Source of the DNA: an uncultured bacterium
Lineage (GTDB): Bacteria; Patescibacteriota; Minisyncoccia; Phycocordibacterales; PALSA-1337
Assembly (NCBI GenBank): GCA_903839725.1
Contig: CAIMDG010000002.1
Span: 135,739 to 199,738, forward strand
Reading direction: 5' to 3'
DNA length: 64,000 bases
Part shown: in pieces, positions 62,528-64,000 of the stretch
Position numbering within the stretch: position 1 is the first letter of the stretch
How the letters are laid out: every line of letters starts with the position of its first letter
Position numbers and translations under genes: made by a program
The notes under the pieces: generated by a model
Databases searched by the model: none
Seen by the model: the letters and a program-made list of their open reading frames with translations, nothing else
Told to the model about the DNA's origin: nothing

Positions 62528-62635
62528 TTATTCGATAATCAAGAACGTTAACAGGAGTAGTCCGACTTTCCAGACCAAAATAAAAAGAATTCCCGCGAAC
62601 GGAAAAAGTATATACATCTGCTTGGGCATTTTCAT
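62528..62635 (-). CDS. Possible 35-aa hydrophobic small protein
   Basis: MKMPKQMYILFPFAGILFILVWKVGLLLLTFLIIE between pgk stop and terminator. Confidence 0.35.
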   Translation of the reverse strand: MKMPKQMYILFPFAGILFILVWKVGLLLLTFLIIE

Positions 62636-62649
62636 ACGGGCAGAGAATA

Positions 62650-63786
62650 CTAATCTTGTTTAGCAGAAATTTCAAGTGCCTCTACACCCGGTAACGTTCC
62701 ATTCGCGAGAAAATCAAGCATCGCACCTCCACCTGTTGAGATGAATGTAAATTGATCTTGAACTCCTTGTGCAGCAACTGCGGCGAGCGTATCTCCCCCA
62801 CCAATGATAGTGGTTGCACCACGCTTTGTGGCTTCACTGATCAATGTTGCCAATTCTAGTGTTGCACCCTGATATCCATCTTCGTACAAACCGAGTGGAC
62901 CATTCCAAAGAATGCACTTCGCCTGAGAAATAACTTTTTTCAATTCTTCGATAGTTGCCGATCCGGAATCCATAATTTTATCAGTCTTCAAAACTGCATC
63001 AGCTTTCTTGTTTACATGATTCTGATCAACAACATCAACAGGAATCATAAGCTTTGTATTCGCAAGGAAAGAAGTAAAATCGATGTTACCTTTTGAAATG
63101 AGAGAAATTCCAATCTCATACCCTTGTGCCTTGAAAAAATCATTCGCCAATGCCCCACCAACAAAGACCGTATCAGCAATATTCAAAAACTTTTGAAGCA
63201 AAGGAAGTTTTGTCTCAAACTTTGCTCCACCAAGAATAAATAAAAATGGATGTGCAGGATTGAACGCTGTTGAAAGATGTTTTATTTCATTTTGTAACTG
63301 AATGCCCGCATAACTAGGCAAGAATTGAGGAACACCGACGATAGAAGCGTGTTCTCGGTGTGAAACAGAAAATGCATCATTTACATATATGTCGGCAAGC
63401 GAAGCGAGCGCTTTGGTGAATTCACGATCATTGTTCTTCTCCCCCTCTGAAAGACGGAGATTATTCAACAAGACACATGTGCCATTTGCTTGTTTCTCAA
63501 TAGCAGCTTGGGCATTTCTAATATTTTCAACAAAGGTAACTGTCTGACCCAATTTATTCAACGTATCAGCAACTGGCTTCAAAGAATTATTCGAACCATC
63601 ACTTGATTCGAGATGTGCGATCAAGATAACTTTGGCACCTTTGCGTGTCAAAAATTCTATTGTTGGCAATGCTGCTTTGATGCGAAAATCATCAACGACA
63701 ACACCATTCTGAATGGGAACATTGAAATCAACGCGAGTAAGTACTTTCACACCTTCAAGGTAGGTAATATCAGTAAGAGTTTTCAT
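62650..63786 (-). CDS. pgk: Phosphoglycerate kinase
   Basis: RVDFNVP, NDAFSVSHR, GGAK, WNGP, GGGDT, STGGGA. Confidence 0.97.
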   Translation of the reverse strand: MKTLTDITYLEGVKVLTRVDFNVPIQNGVVVDDFRIKAALPTIEFLTRKGAKVILIAHLESSDGSNNSLKPVADTLNKLGQTVTFVENIRNAQAAIEKQANGTCVLLNNLRLSEGEKNNDREFTKALASLADIYVNDAFSVSHREHASIVGVPQFLPSYAGIQLQNEIKHLSTAFNPAHPFLFILGGAKFETKLPLLQKFLNIADTVFVGGALANDFFKAQGYEIGISLISKGNIDFTSFLANTKLMIPVDVVDQNHVNKKADAVLKTDKIMDSGSATIEELKKVISQAKCILWNGPLGLYEDGYQGATLELATLISEATKRGATTIIGGGDTLAAVAAQGVQDQFTFISTGGGAMLDFLANGTLPGVEALEISAKQD

Positions 63787-63809
63787 GATGGATATTATAG
63801 CAGAAGGAC

Positions 63810-63936
63810 AGGTAACCTACATATCACAGCCTGACGAAACATCCGTAACGTTCTAATATAAGTGCCTAAAGTACAATATTAAAAGACGATATCCCGCTGG
63901 GAATTGTTTCGTCAGGCTGTGATATGTAGGTTACCT
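63810..63936 (+). repeat. Family A element, copy 6 (32-bp perfect IR)
   Basis: Arms 63810-63841 / 63905-63936; core CGTAACG-N13-GCCTAAAG-N16-GATATCCCGCTGGG. Confidence 0.92.
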
Positions 63937-63944
63937 ATTTGAGA

Positions 63945-64000
63945 TTACAACACGACAACATCAACCGCTTTCAACAATTCTTTGAAACCAGGAATATTGA
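63945..64000 (-). CDS. C-terminal end of an upstream gene (possibly triosephosphate isomerase)
   Basis: ...NIPGFKELLKAVDVVVL-stop; identity guessed only from pgk adjacency. Confidence 0.3.
   Translation of the reverse strand, partial: NIPGFKELLKAVDVVVL

Noticed and set aside
63831-63841. CTGACGA-AAC as hammerhead ribozyme core
   Set aside because: It is fully paired within the arm, lacks stem II between CUGANGA and GAAA, and is not kept in copies 1-3

Overview
Bacterial chromosomal window that looks like Patescibacteria (CPR/Parcubacteria). This is an inference from the missing rpmD/L30 in the spc operon, SD-less or near-leaderless starts, split comEC and Cys-rich surface proteins. The window carries the str-S10-spc ribosomal protein superoperon (rpsL to secY, adk, map) on the minus strand, broken by several insertions: a four-helix-bundle gene, a ~13 kb fusA-tuf island, a lysA/aminotransferase block and an orphan between secY and adk. 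It also holds infC-rpmI-rplT, smpB with tmRNA, a candidate 6S-like RNA, two paralogous secreted HExxH metallopeptidases, and a comEC/rnhA/recJ/pgk region. The most striking unexplained signal is a family of six dispersed ~125-135 bp intergenic elements (family A). Each has a 31-36 bp (near-)perfect inverted repeat whose outer sequence differs between copies. The arms enclose a 60-63 nt core with three conserved motifs at invariant spacing (YGTNAYG-N13-GCCTRAAG-N16-GATATCCCnnnGGG), and the core occurs in both orientations. A second long-hairpin family (B) with compensatory changes sits 14 bp upstream of two predicted ribosomal-protein promoters.
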